From: Antedon mediterranea
Taxonomy: Eukaryota; Animalia; Echinodermata
Assembly: GCF_964355755.1 (NCBI RefSeq)
Contig: NC_092671.1
Span: 26,052,070-26,116,069 of the forward strand
DNA: 64,000 nt
Direction of reading: 5' to 3'
Shown: one piece after another, positions 42,101-54,400 of the stretch
Layout of the letters: every line of letters begins with the position of its first letter
How positions within the stretch are numbered: the stretch's first letter is position 1
The notes under the pieces: generated by a model
The model's input: the letters and a program-made list of their open reading frames with translations, nothing else
What the model was told of the DNA's origin: nothing
The model's database searches: none
Program-made: the position numbers and the translations under genes

Positions 42101-45100
42101 AGGGAAGGGGTCTTTAAGCACCCTTTATTGTCAATACCACATTGAAAGACCAGTTTTTTTCGTGCTTTGTTTGTTTGTTTGGTGTTTTCCACAGTAAAGA
42201 GCCAACAAAATTGGCATCGGCTCGAGATGAACTTGCTCCTTGTTCTACAGGTGGAACAAGTCTTTTGGATAAGGACTATAAACTGTAGGTCCTGTCTCAT
42301 ATGCACAACTGTGTTTGTTAATTAGTTATCCGCTTGGTATACCAAGCGGATAACTCCTTGTTATTGTACGAGATCAACATTTTTTTTCTGTATTATTAGT
42401 TATCCGCATTGAGCGGATAACTCCTTGTAACTGTCCTGTTACTTTTTTTTTTCTTTCCTTCTCCCCCATTTTTGTGTCTCGCGTATCTCAAAAACTTGTA
42501 AACATAACATGTTATAACTTTGTCAGCATGAGGGCATTCACGTGAAGTTGTGCACCTCCTATTTTTGAATTATGTCAGAGTTGCGCAACATGACTTACGC
42601 GCGATTTAATGAATTTCAAATATTTAACATAGGTCAAAAACCAAATAACATTTTAAATTGAAACTTTGCAAAAGTTTAATTTATATCATGCGCTAACTTT
42701 TTGTTGAAAAAAAAATGCGTGTTTTACAAAAAGTTACGCGCGTACGCGCATTTAAAATTTCAAAATGCGCAAAATTAATTTCTAATCAACTTTCTACGCG
42801 TTTCATGTCATTTTGAGAATGTCAAAAATTCCCAGGCGCGCGCTACTTTTTACGCGCGCGGAGCACACGTATCGTTAAAAACAGATTTTTTTGCGTGATT
42901 TATGTTTTTTCTGCCTTTTCTAGTAATTTTACCAACTTTTAAACAATTTCGACTTCAAATTACGTCATACGGGCACGTCGAATTGGATAATTTATGTGCG
43001 TTTTTGATGAAAAAGTTCAAAAATTTGTCAAAATTTGTCAAAATTATACCTTTTTTTAAACAGTCGTAGTTTCTAAACTAAACGGTAAAAGTTATTTTTA
43101 TTACGTATTTTGGAAGATGATGAGTTGTAGATCCTGTATCATGCATCAATATGGCTTACCGGACATTGTGACGTCATCGTATGGCCATGCGAATATAAAA
43201 AATAGAATTTTTGTATCTTTTATCATAGCTCATCACATTTAATAGAGCGCATCTCCAATTATCTGTTTTCCATTTTCACCCCGATTTTTATATTATCTAG
43301 GTCTATCAACTATCTTTCGCATGGGTTAAAATATTTTAATTTTTATGACGTCATCATGTCTAAAAATGAAAATAACGTGGGTCACTTATTTTCATCTTTA
43401 CAGTAAATTTCAATCTGTTATAGCTTGTCAGAATAAAACGTGATAATCATGATTAAAACGTTTTCTGGAAGCTATTGGATTGTAGATACGAATTCATGTA
43501 AACATTTTGCCAATCGGATGTTGTAACGTCATCATATGGCCAGTTGAAAAAAAAAAGTCGTATTTTCATATTTTGCGTAATAGTTCATCACATTTAAAAG
43601 GGCGCGCATCTATATTTTACGTATTCAAATTTCTTCCACACGTTAATATGATGTTGCTGAGATAATTTCCTTCCGAAATTGCTATCTTAGTGTTTCATTT
43701 TGATACCGAAGCCGTGTTAAAAATAAGTATAAACGGGGGGACCCGTAATTTCACCTATTCTACACTGTATGTAACATGTATACAGATTATACCGTTTGCA
43801 CTGTATATACTATATGACACAAAATTGACAGAATTCAGCATATGATATTCTTCAGTTCAGGTCATAATGTCATACTCTTTTTCCGTGTGCAAAATTCCAA
43901 CGTATGACGTTTGTCATGCGGATAACTAACTCGTCAAAGTGACGAGTTTCATGTCTAGTTCTTCTTTCCTTCCTTCCTTTTTGTGAGTCGCGTTTCTCTA
44001 AAATGTGTAAACATAACATTTCATAACTTTGACAACATATGGGCATTTACGTGAAGTTGTGCACCTCCTATTTTTGAATGACGTCATAGTTGCGCAACGT
44101 GACTTACGCGCAATTTTATGAATTTCAATGATTGATCATAGATTAAAAACCAAAAGTCATTTAGTATTGACACTTTGACAAAATTTAAGTCATATCAGGG
44201 GCAAACTTTCTACGGATTAAAAATGGCATGTTTCACAAGAAGTTACGCGCGCACGCGCATTTAAAATTTCAAAATGCGCAAAACTAATTTCTAATCAACT
44301 TTTTACGCGTTTCATGTCATTTTGAGCATGTCAAAAATTCCCACGGGCGCGCAATTTTTTACGCACGCGGTGCGCACGTAGCGATAAAAACATATTTTTT
44401 TCTCTTGAATTATATTTTTCAAGCCTTTCCTAGTAATTTTGAAAACAATTTAGAACTTTTCCAGTTTAAATAACGCCATACGAACACGTTGAATTAGACA
44501 ATTTGTGCACGTTTTTTATGAAAAAGCTTAAAAAATCATCAAAATAATGTCTTTTTTTAAACAGTCATAGTTTCTAAAGTAAACCGTGAACCGTTTATTT
44601 TTATTACAAAATCTAGAAGTTGATGAGTTGCAGATATCGGATCATGCATCGATAAGGCTAAAAAAACATTGTGACGTAATCGTATGGCCACACGAATGTA
44701 AAATATAGGATTTTTGTCTGTTTCGTTATTGCTCATCACATTCAATGGAGCGCATCACGCTTATCTGTATTCCTTTTTCTCCTATATTTATATATTGTCT
44801 AGGTCAATCAACTTTCTTTAGCATGAGATAAAAATATTTAAATTTTTATAACGTCATCATGCCTAAAAATTTTAATTACGTGGGTCATTAATTTCATCTT
44901 TACAGTAAATTTTAATCTGTAATAGCTCGTAAGAATAAAATGTGATAATCACGATTAAAACGTTTTCTGGAAGCTATAGGATTGTAGATACGAATTCATG
45001 TAAACATTTTGCCAATCGGATGTTGTGATGTCATCATATTGCCAGTTGAATAAAAAAAGTCGTATTTTCATATTTTGCGTAATAGTTCATCACATTTAAA

Positions 45101-45683
45101 TGTGCGCGCACCAACATTTTACGTATTCAAATTTCTTCTTAACGTTAATATGTTGTTGCTAAGATAATTTTCTTCAGAAATTGCTATTGTTGTGTTGTTT
45201 TTTTTATGACGTCATCATGTTAAATATTTGAATTAAAGGCAGGTCTCATAATTCAGTTAATATGTCATATAATATACAGTACAGTAGTACAATGTACACC
45301 AGCATAGTCTCTGATGTGAGCAAATTGTTGTTTGCCGCCCTCTGTATCATGTAGAATTAATGTCTCCTTTTATACACAGTGTACTGTATAATTATAATAC
45401 AAGGCGAAAATACAGGACCACCTCTCATTATAGTTTTTAACGTATGATGTGCACGTGGCATCTGTCGTGCGGATAACTAACTCGTCAAAGTGACGAGTTT
45501 CATGTCTAGTTGTGTTTTGTAACTATGTCTTTTAAGGCAAATATGTATGTCACTGGCTATTATTGTTTACATAGATATTTCTAACCATGTTTTTTTTTTA
45601 TTTACAGAGATGGAAACACAATTCTTTCAGTTTCTGGAGACAAAACTGCTCGGGTATTTTCAATCCATAAGCCTGATAGGTGA
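28111..45683 (+). CDS. AAMP: Angio-associated migratory cell protein (Sqt1-like WD40 chaperone of uL16), 11 coding exons, 417 aa
   Basis: Exons 28111-28222, 29381-29512, 30737-30856, 33295-33434, 34138-34282, 34909-34992, 38195-38310, 38865-38947, 39884-39974, 40480-40634, 45608-45683 (1254 nt). Acidic N-terminus, [51 protein letters not shown] and C-terminal KPDR. Confidence 0.95.
29660..30220 (-). mobile_element. Degraded Rex1/Babar-like LINE 3' fragment
   Basis: [35 protein letters not shown]...IIKQAGKII, a typical C-terminal region after the RT domain. Confidence 0.65.
30953..32307 (-). mobile_element. 5'-truncated Penelope-like retroelement (RT + GIY-YIG), disabled
   Basis: [46 protein letters not shown] and [20 protein letters not shown]...[13 protein letters not shown], with stops and frameshifts. 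Confidence 0.92.
32316..33123 (+). mobile_element. 3' end of an L2-clade LINE with 3' UTR and (TTA)n tail
   Basis: [35 protein letters not shown]...[15 protein letters not shown] (32356-32688), terminal tgtaaagcac...ggcgctatataaat and (tta)n at 33076-33123. Confidence 0.9.
35041..38094. repeat. 19-bp tandem array (~3 kb) in an AAMP intron
   Basis: Unit tagtagtgggttactaata, with gga and ttgg variants. Confidence 0.98.
36275..36460. mobile_element. Tc1/pogo-type MITE inserted in the 19-bp array
   Basis: Perfect 24-bp TIRs cagtcaactctcccaataccggac / gtccggtattgggagagttgactg. TA TSD at 36273-36274 and 36461-36462. Confidence 0.92.
38520..38810 (-). mobile_element. 5S rRNA-derived SINE (SINE3-like) or 5S pseudogene next to a SINE body
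   Basis: The reverse complement of 38712-38810 (taccac...ttctcgtc...ttaagcaacgttgggctagt...ggacgggagactgtctgggaatc...gggtgctgta) aligns by eye to 5S rRNA with a deletion. The downstream body matches the 9186 SINE body. Confidence 0.7.
39006..39533. mobile_element. Harbinger-like MITE, degraded
   Basis: taa|aggcccggtctcacca ... tggtgtgactggtct|tta ends. Confidence 0.4.
40680..41420 (-). mobile_element. Possible decayed gag-like retroelement remnant
   Basis: Broken minus-strand frames give zinc-knuckle-like C*GSGNP*LTWRLC and CFICDRDCH. No intact ORF. Confidence 0.3.
41501..42113. mobile_element. Kolobok-type non-autonomous transposon
   Basis: TTAA TSD at 41497-41500 and 42114-42117, AG...CT termini, TIRs agccccattccctacg / tgcagggaaggggtct. 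Confidence 0.75.
42322..45510 (+). mobile_element. Helentron/DINE-1-like non-autonomous element (outer copy)
   Basis: 5' ttagttatccgc plus hairpin. 3' gcggataactaa, stem-loop aactcgtca-aag-tgacgagtt and ctagt end. The body 43961-45510 is homologous to the inner copy. Confidence 0.75.
42396..43960 (+). mobile_element. Helentron/DINE-1-like element (inner copy of the same family)
   Basis: Same 5' ttagttatccgc...gcggataact and an identical 43-nt 3' end (43918-43960). Confidence 0.75.
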
Positions 45684-48600
45684 AGTGTCAGGAATATTGA
45701 TCATATACCTGTTATATTGATCAATTCATACACATTTTAACAACTATGACAGTTCTCTAGTAGTTACTTAATCTTTTTCATATAATACCCGATTCACACA
45801 TAAAAATGTATCAAATTACTTCCTAAATCTAACTGCTTTTACAACGCTTTCACATGCTAGTTTTTAATGCAAACCTGGGTAATTCATTATAAACATATTA
45901 TGCGCATCAGCGTTACATCAATGTAATCTTTATTTTTTACATGCCACACTCAGGCCTGTATATATTACCAACTCTTTCTGAGATTTTACTTGGATGTAAC
46001 ACAGAAGATTTTTGTATGTGTGAATAAGGTATAAGGAAGTTATTCTTAACATGGGGAAAGTGCATGCTTTTTAGTATGTTGTTGAATACTGGATTATTTG
46101 TACAAACTTTCCTATGTCACCATCAGAGATGTAGCTTTCACTTTATAAAATGTGAATGGTCTTTACAACAATAATCATGGGAGTAATGAATAAAAACTAT
46201 TTTATCTGTTTATCAATAATTCGTTTTAATTGTTATTATTCCACAATAAAAAAAAAACATTTTAATAAATGTTTGATAAAGTACGGCTTGATTTTGATTT
46301 TTTTTAATGACTATAGAAGCTTTATAATAGTCTATTTACATAATGATGATGATAGTTTTGTCAAATGCGTATGTTATACAGTACAATGTGTATGATTGTG
46401 AGGAATTTCCATTTTTACAATGTCAACGAAAATTGTACGGGCCTTCAAGCGCTGATTAATATTGTATAAATTGTGTATGCGCACGTGCATATGTTGATAA
46501 AAATTGTACACCTTTTGTACGTTCTTACGCCAATGGACATTGCTACGTTGAAAATATACGCTTGTAGGCCTAGGCGCGCGTTCTAACTCTGATAAAATAG
46601 TACAGTACGACTTTATACGCACGTGTAAACTTGATAATAAAAATACGCGGGTTCAAACGCTGATGAAAATAGTACTCGGTGTACAGGCTTCGTAAACTTT
46701 GTTTCTAACCCGTGTTGTGTAGAAATGTTATACAGCGCCCTCTTAACGAAATCAATCTTAGTAAATACTGTATTTTGTATTTGTTTTGTGAGGAATGTTA
46801 GGATAGTCTGTGAACCACACTCTGAAGACTATAATAGACATGGCGGTATTAAACTTTATTCGGGCGCTTGTTCTGTCGGGTATTTATTTTGTCCATAAAT
46901 ATCTGACTTAACTGCAATGACATCATTCACATACCGACGCCCATTCGTTCACTGGGGTTTGGCGTTTTCATAGCTGTTTGTTCTGTATACGATTAATACT
47001 GCATGAGCAACTCTTTTCAAAACTTCCGATTTGTATTGTTTGTTCAATCCATGATATTTACAATACAGGGTCATTACCAAATACACTGACGTATACACTG
47101 CTTAAAACAGCATCCTCCGCAAACAGTTGGTGTTGTCCTAAAAACACATTAGACTCTGAATTTTATTTTGAATACATTAGTAGGCCTACTGTAATTATTA
47201 TTTTATATACAATCTTAAACGGCAACCATACTATAGTATCCAGGGAGTTGTTGAACTCCCTGCTATTAACAATTTTCCAATATTTTGCACACTATTTGTC
47301 TTAATTGTAGCATTTAATTGTTTTTGCCTTCAATGTGTGAAAAATAACAAACAATGCATTTAAGAGAATTTGATTCACACAACTGTAATCTGTCTACATA
47401 ATGTAAGTTTCTTCTACACTAATAATAAGAAAAAAAGTAAAATACAAAACTACTACTTTCATATTTAAATGTTTTGTATGGGTTTTTTACTTCAGTTCCT
47501 ATAAAGGAGTTTAGATAGGCCTCCATAATTAGAACACAGCTTAACAAAGCACAAACAACATTTTGGACAAAGAAATGCAACTTATAATAGTGTCCAAAAT
47601 GTACTGCGTATCTTAAGTAAACCCAGGGATGAGTGAAATTAATAAATAACATAACTATTGAGAATAATATAAAATAATAGTAAGTGCAATTGTTTGTTTC
47701 CCTTCAGATCCAACGTTAACAAAGTAAAAAATGAAACAGTGACGTATCGGTCGCAAACATTCCCCTCCAACCAACAACAACAACTAGTAGGCCTACTACC
47801 TAAAAGCGTTTTAGGATCCACCAGTCGGTCATTTGCAATTTTGATATTTAAACCCAATTAAACAATTTGGTGCTTGTTTAAAATGGGTATCCTATTAATC
47901 CATAACAACTTATAAACCGCAAATGATGCTTGAAAGAACTGGTTGGCGCATAATACTGAAGATTAAACACTGTCATGCCCTTGAGGCAGATAAATGAAAA
48001 ATTGTATTATATTTGAGCTGTTAGATTGTATAACTTTTCGATATTGGTAAAACGTTAACTGAATATAGGTCTAATCTCAATTCTGTTGATCCAGATCCAA
48101 TATATTTGAATGAAACTTTCCTTTTTACTCGAGCAATGCAAATAAACTATAGAATCTACTATTATTATTATATGACTACTTACACACAAGGATCTTATTC
48201 ACAAGAACATGATAATAATCTGTTCAATATTTCACTTGTCCATGATATGTTAATTATAAACGTATTAATTAGATATGGAGCCATGGCAGACTTACTCCAG
48301 CGGAACAGGGGGCGCTGGAGTTCAGCTGTGGGTGCACTGTATGGGTACTATAACTACAAAGTGTGAAGAGATTAACCAATGGCCTAGTTCCAATTAGTCG
48401 AAATTTACTCTATGGAGATTAGTATTGTTATGATGAATATATTTTTAATACAGAAAGCATCACAATTTAAACAAAAATTATACAGAGAACATCGTCTTCA
48501 CATCCAATAGAACCATCGGTCATCGCAATGGTTTTGTTTTTGTTTGTATTGTTGTTGATGATTGAGGAACGAATTAAATGGTTAGATATTCATATAAATA

Positions 48601-48813
48601 GGCCTATTTTAGTCCAGTGTTTTTTTCAGTTTTACACAAAGAGACGGATAGGTCCCTAGACCTACTCTGTAACATTGACTGGTTCGACTTATGTCTATGG
48701 AAGATGGCTAATCCTCGGTGTAAATTGTCACCAAAGGATCGAAGGAATAAAGTTGAATTACATTCGATTGGCCTACACAGTCCTATAGTAAATCACTGAC
48801 AATATATACATGT

Positions 48814-48985
48814 ATGACTATAACGAGGCATTTAATAAAAAGGCAAATTGCCTTAAAATGTAAATGTGACAATTTTTTTCTAGGCGTTCTTTACTGTTCT
48901 GATGGATGAGAATAGTTTCTCGAAACATGTCACATTTACATTTTAAGGCAATTTGCCTTTTTATTAAATGCCTCGTTATAGTCAT
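48814..48985. repeat. Perfect 58-bp inverted repeat enclosing a hammerhead-like motif (Penelope-type terminus)
   Basis: Arms 48814-48871 and 48928-48985. The spacer holds ctgatggat-gagaa-tagt-ttctc-gaaacatgtc. Confidence 0.8.
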
Positions 48986-51404
48986 CCTAACTCGCAAGTT
49001 TGGTGGTATTATTCATGATTTATATAAATGTATGTTTTGTAAAGAAAGAATGCCGCATGATGAATGAAAGGTTGATCTGATCTCTACAGATTGCCTATTG
49101 TGAACCCACACAAAAACCGTGTATTTAACCTTTCAATTGAGGAACTCTGTCGGCTTGTTAACATTTTTTGGACATTTTGTATCCTATTTCGAGAGTAGGC
49201 CTACCACATACAACACACTGATTCCTTTGCTTTTAAAATAGCCAACAATAAACATATCCATAACATCACAAGGTTTTGTTTCGATCAAATGTGTTGCAAA
49301 TTTCTAAACAGTAGGCCTAATATTCATTCATTCAAGGTGTTTATTCAATTCAATAAAACGAAAATTTACATTGTAGCCAAAGGCTAAATTGTGTAAAATT
49401 TTACAGAATATTGCACATAAAAAAAAGTTATCACATAAAAAGAACATCTTATATTAAAATGGAATTGGATAAAGTACATAATATGAAAATGAGAAAAACA
49501 TTGAAAAAAAAAAAGAAATGTTAACGAATCATGGCCTAATAAAATATCTGTATTAAAACTTATGTATTATTTGTTTATTATTTCACATTGGTTGATGACG
49601 GCAACGTTGGCTAAATTTAATTATTCTTTATTATTCAACAGGTTAATTAGGTATGGCAAAGGGCTATTTTTTTATCGTTTAGTTTTACATTTTATTTGTT
49701 GATATTGGTTGGTCTTTCTTAAGTTGTAGGCCTACGGTTTATTTCTAGGCTGTATAGCCATGATTGAAAATATGCCGACTTTTCGAGGTCTCCAGCAAAC
49801 CTTAGACATAGGTTTGTTAGTGTCATTAACGTGGCCCATACATTTAAATAAAGTATTTTTTCAGAGAGACGTCACTATTTTAAACATTTGAAACTGACGA
49901 ATAAAGACTATTTGATATGATATGATTATTACAATATAAACATGATGTTTTGATTATCATGTACATTTTTAAATCATCTGGAGTAATATATCAATGACCC
50001 ACATGTTAGTACAGTATATATACTATGTGTTTTTTTATATTCTCCATACTAATTCGAGATACTTCGACATCCTGATTTCCATTCGACCTAAACCACCGGT
50101 AATGAGTCACTCTGATAAGCGATAGACCTGATCTTGTATTCTCAAATATTGCTCCTACGACGATCTAGATACAGTAGCGAGATTTTAATCTCGTTATGTA
50201 TCTATGTTATGTTTATAGCTCCCACTGATTAATTTAAAACGGCCTAATAAGTGATAGGAGTTAAGGTAGCACGAGGCTTGGCCGATTACAATTGTAACGT
50301 ACTCCAGTTATAATTGATATAGATTTATATATTTGCATTACTTATTTCTTTGATACGGCCTGAACAAAAAACACAGGCCTATTGTTTGTGAATGAGCTTT
50401 CCGCACAAGATAAATATATGTTGTAAGAATTTGTATAGGCCTATTGTAACTTGCAAAGTTATGGCTCAAGCTTAAATAGTGTCGTGGTTTAGTAACGAAT
50501 TCGTTTGATTTATGTTTGTTCATGTAGGACGCACGCATACAAAAGTGAGATTGGCCTGCTGTACCAGTAGATAATTAAATAAAATGATAACCGGGAAGAC
50601 ATATTTTATTATTATTATTATTATTGCAGTCAACTTTCCGTCTAAAAATATGTTGTGTGGGCTACGTTTCAGTTAATAGTTATCATAATTATGATTTTAC
50701 AACTACCCATTAACAAAATGTATTTGTTAGAAGTATAGGCCTAATATGTATCTAAATATTATGCATAGAACTGATACGAAGTTTTGGTTTTTGATTTAAT
50801 TAAAATCATGATGAAACTAAGGGTGCGTCGTACAAATTGTACTATTATTGTAGACCGTGATCACCGAATTACCATTTTATATTTTGCAGAGAAAATAATA
50901 AGATTCATTGCCCATTATTATCAGTTTCTGAAGAAAAGAATAAGTTTACAACAATAACAAGTTTAATGTCACACTATTCTGTGTACCCATTCAAAGACGG
51001 TGTTCTCACTGACAGGGCGTTGAGTGTTATGACATCGCGCATTGTGCAAAGCCATCACAAAAGAACGATTCGATTCATCCACGGTACAATGCATGTATTA
51101 TTCATATGCTAATATCGTACCAAACCTGTTCTACTAGATTAATTTCCACGATTGTTCACCCTTGATCGACTCAAATATATTTAGTGTGTTACCTATTTAG
51201 AAAGGGTGCGGTAGATTATAGCCAGGAGAGCTATACTTTTCTAAGATTCGGACCCAATATCATACAACCACACCGAATTCATTTTGATATTTGGAATTAC
51301 TGTATTACTGCTCTTCGATGCGGATAGTTTAATAATCAAGTAAACATTACTATCGACGTCCACGCAAGGACACCGCCGTCAACGTGACGGTAAAGGATTA
51401 CATT

Positions 51405-54400
51405 ATGGGTAACACGAAAATGTTCCTTCCGCTATTTGCGGTATTATTTACGGTACGTATAAATAATATGTTTTTAATTACTATATTTAAACGTTTTAAA
51501 TTGGTATTTGATTCAAACGTTTTATTGCCTTTGAATTTCGCGTGCCCAAAGTTCGTATAGTCAGTAAACGCGTTGAATTGTAAGCGTACGAAATTGTATC
51601 AAATGCGTTTGTACCAGTTGTAATTTTGTCATTGCTTCTAACATACAGTATTAATACATATTATAATTGTGTATATTGTACATAATTTATTTTAAATAGG
51701 CCTACCCCTGTTGGGCTCACTGACACTAGGCCTGTGAAGGAAAAGGTCTAACAAACATACATTGCCATTTTGTGCTTGTACTAACAATACAACTGTTTAC
51801 TGTAGGCTATTTATAGTATTGATACTGCAGAAGTATGCATATTTATCTACCGCGACTTGGCTTTTATTTTCTTTATTATTCTCGTAAAAATACAGTAATT
51901 GTCACAATCATTGTTAGTTAGCATGATCGATATTAAAACCATCTAAACATGAAGGACGATGATCGAGACAGTGATATTCAATAAATGCTTGAACACGGTG
52001 TAACATCATTAAGTAACGTGCTCTATGGGGAGAAATGCAGGACTTAATCTCACCATGGACATTTTTAGTGATGGAGTAACCTTTATTCGGTTCACTGTAT
52101 TCAACAGAATTTACAAGAATATACACAACACTAACAGCAAATGAATTCGGAAGAAAAAGAATGAAACATCAACACACCATAGCACATTTCATGATCTTAA
52201 AAATGTTTTATTCTGGTAGAAAATATAATATATGAAGATTTTGTAGGTTATTATATTATGATAACCTACAAAACCTTCATCTCCGGACTTTTTTCTGTTG
52301 TCTTTGTCAATTTGGTCGTTTTATTATAGGCTTTTTCCTTGTTTTAACAATAACAGTTTATTTCTTGTTACAATTGTGTGAAACAGCGCATATAGACTAT
52401 TTGTATTTTGCGCTATAGGCCTATAGGCTAAATTTAAAAACCATTACGCATAGTTGATATTGTATAATATGTCTTCATTAAATATTACACACTAGCTACC
52501 ATAGTGCATAATACATTTAAGTCAATGAATCAATTTTAGTTGCTTTCTGTTATTAATGTTATTAAAACAATCCTTGTAATAGGCTACTACATAGGTACTG
52601 TAGGCCTATGACATAACAGTGTAAACACAGGTTTGGATAGCCCCTAGATTGATTATATTCACTTTATCGGGAGGAGGGGTTTAATGAATATTATACACTA
52701 CTCCATAAAACAATATTATCGTGTCTCCAAACAGTAGGCCTAATGCCAGTAAATACATTAGGTAGACGCATACAGCATTAGCTTACTGTAGATCGACGTG
52801 CTTTGATTTTATTTCCCGGTTTCTGAACAATAAACGGTGTGTGCGTTATTTGACAGTCACTTAAATGAAAACCGTATAAATTGAAACTAGCATTCATGAT
52901 GGTATAATGACAATCGATATAAATAATTGTTACCAATTATTACCCACTGCGGTTTCCATGGTTAAGAAGGATGTGAATACGATGTACTGAATGATATTTG
53001 CATTAGGAGTCGTAAGGACATAAATCAAAGAGATTGCATATCATTTATAGAGATATTGTATTATTAGGCCTATATAGATATTATAATATTATTATTATAT
53101 CTCTATATAGAAGGTTAATTTCGGTGTGATTTGAACTTGAGTGACAGTGCACCGAAGGAGAGAGGAACGGAGCGGTGTGATGTGAACTTGAGTGACAGTG
53201 CACCACCGAAGGAGAGGGGAACGGAGCTGTGTGATTTGAACTTGTGTGGCAGTGCACCGCCGAAGGAGAGGGGAACGGAGCAGTGTGATTTGAACTTGAG
53301 TGACAGTGCACCGAAGGAGAGGGGAACGGAGCAGTGTGATTTGAACTTGAGTGACAGTGCACCAAAGGAGAGGGGAACGGAGCGGTGTGATTTGAACTTG
53401 AGTGGCAGTGCACCGAAGGAGAGGGGAAAGGAGCAGTGTGATTTGAACTTGAGTGACAGTGTACCGAAGGAGAGGGGAACGGAGCAGTGTGATTTGAACT
53501 TGAGTGACAGTGTACCGAAGGAGAGGGGAACGGAGCAGTGTGATTTGAACTTGAGTGACAGTGCACCGAAGGAGAGGGGAACGGAGCAGTGTGATTTGAA
53601 CTTGAGTGACAGTGCACCGAAGGAGAGAGGAACGGAGCAGTGTGATTTGAACTTGAGTGACAGTGCACCGAAGGAGAGGGGAACGGAGCAGTGTGATTTG
53701 AACTTGAGTGACAGAGCACCGAAGGAGAGGGGAACGGAGCAGTGTGATTTGAACTTGAGTGACAGTGCACCGAAGGAGAGAGGAACGGAGCAGTGTGATT
53801 TGAACTTGAGTGACAGTGCACCGAAGGAGAAGGGAACGGAGCAGTGTGATTTGAACTTGAGTGACAGTGTACTGAAGGAGAGGGGAACGGAGCAGTGTGA
53901 TTTGAACTTGAGTGACAGTGCACCGAAGGAGAGGGGAACGGAGCAATGTGATTTGAACTTGAGTGACAGTGCACCGAAGGAGAGGGGAACAGAGCAGTGT
54001 GATTTGAACTTCTGAGATAATGATAATGTGAAACGGTAAAGATGAGACATTTGCAAGAGTCAAACAAGAAACCTTTCCAACCCGGAATAATAGATTCACA
54101 ACACAATCAATATTAGATACAGTGTCCTTATTGATTTTGCGTTATTTATATAATCACGAAGAAACAGTGCTACACACAAGAGTATACCGTAATGTTATTA
54201 TAAAACAATGATAATTAAGCATGCTCATTTTAATGTAGGCCTACTATGTTTGTTTTTATTTCGAATTTCTAAACACAAATACTGTACAATAAATTCTGGA
54301 CGACCCTATTAATCCTGGGCACAGAAAATAATTAGTTTCCATTGGGATCTTAAAAAGTGTGAAAAAACAACCACAACGGTCGAACCAAGCATCGTGTATA

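Noticed and set aside
53081-54106. Four overlapping ~300-aa ORFs of 17-aa repeats
   Set aside because: They arise from a stop-poor 51-bp unit. No convincing splice sites link it to the host gene, and the + frame stops as the array ends.
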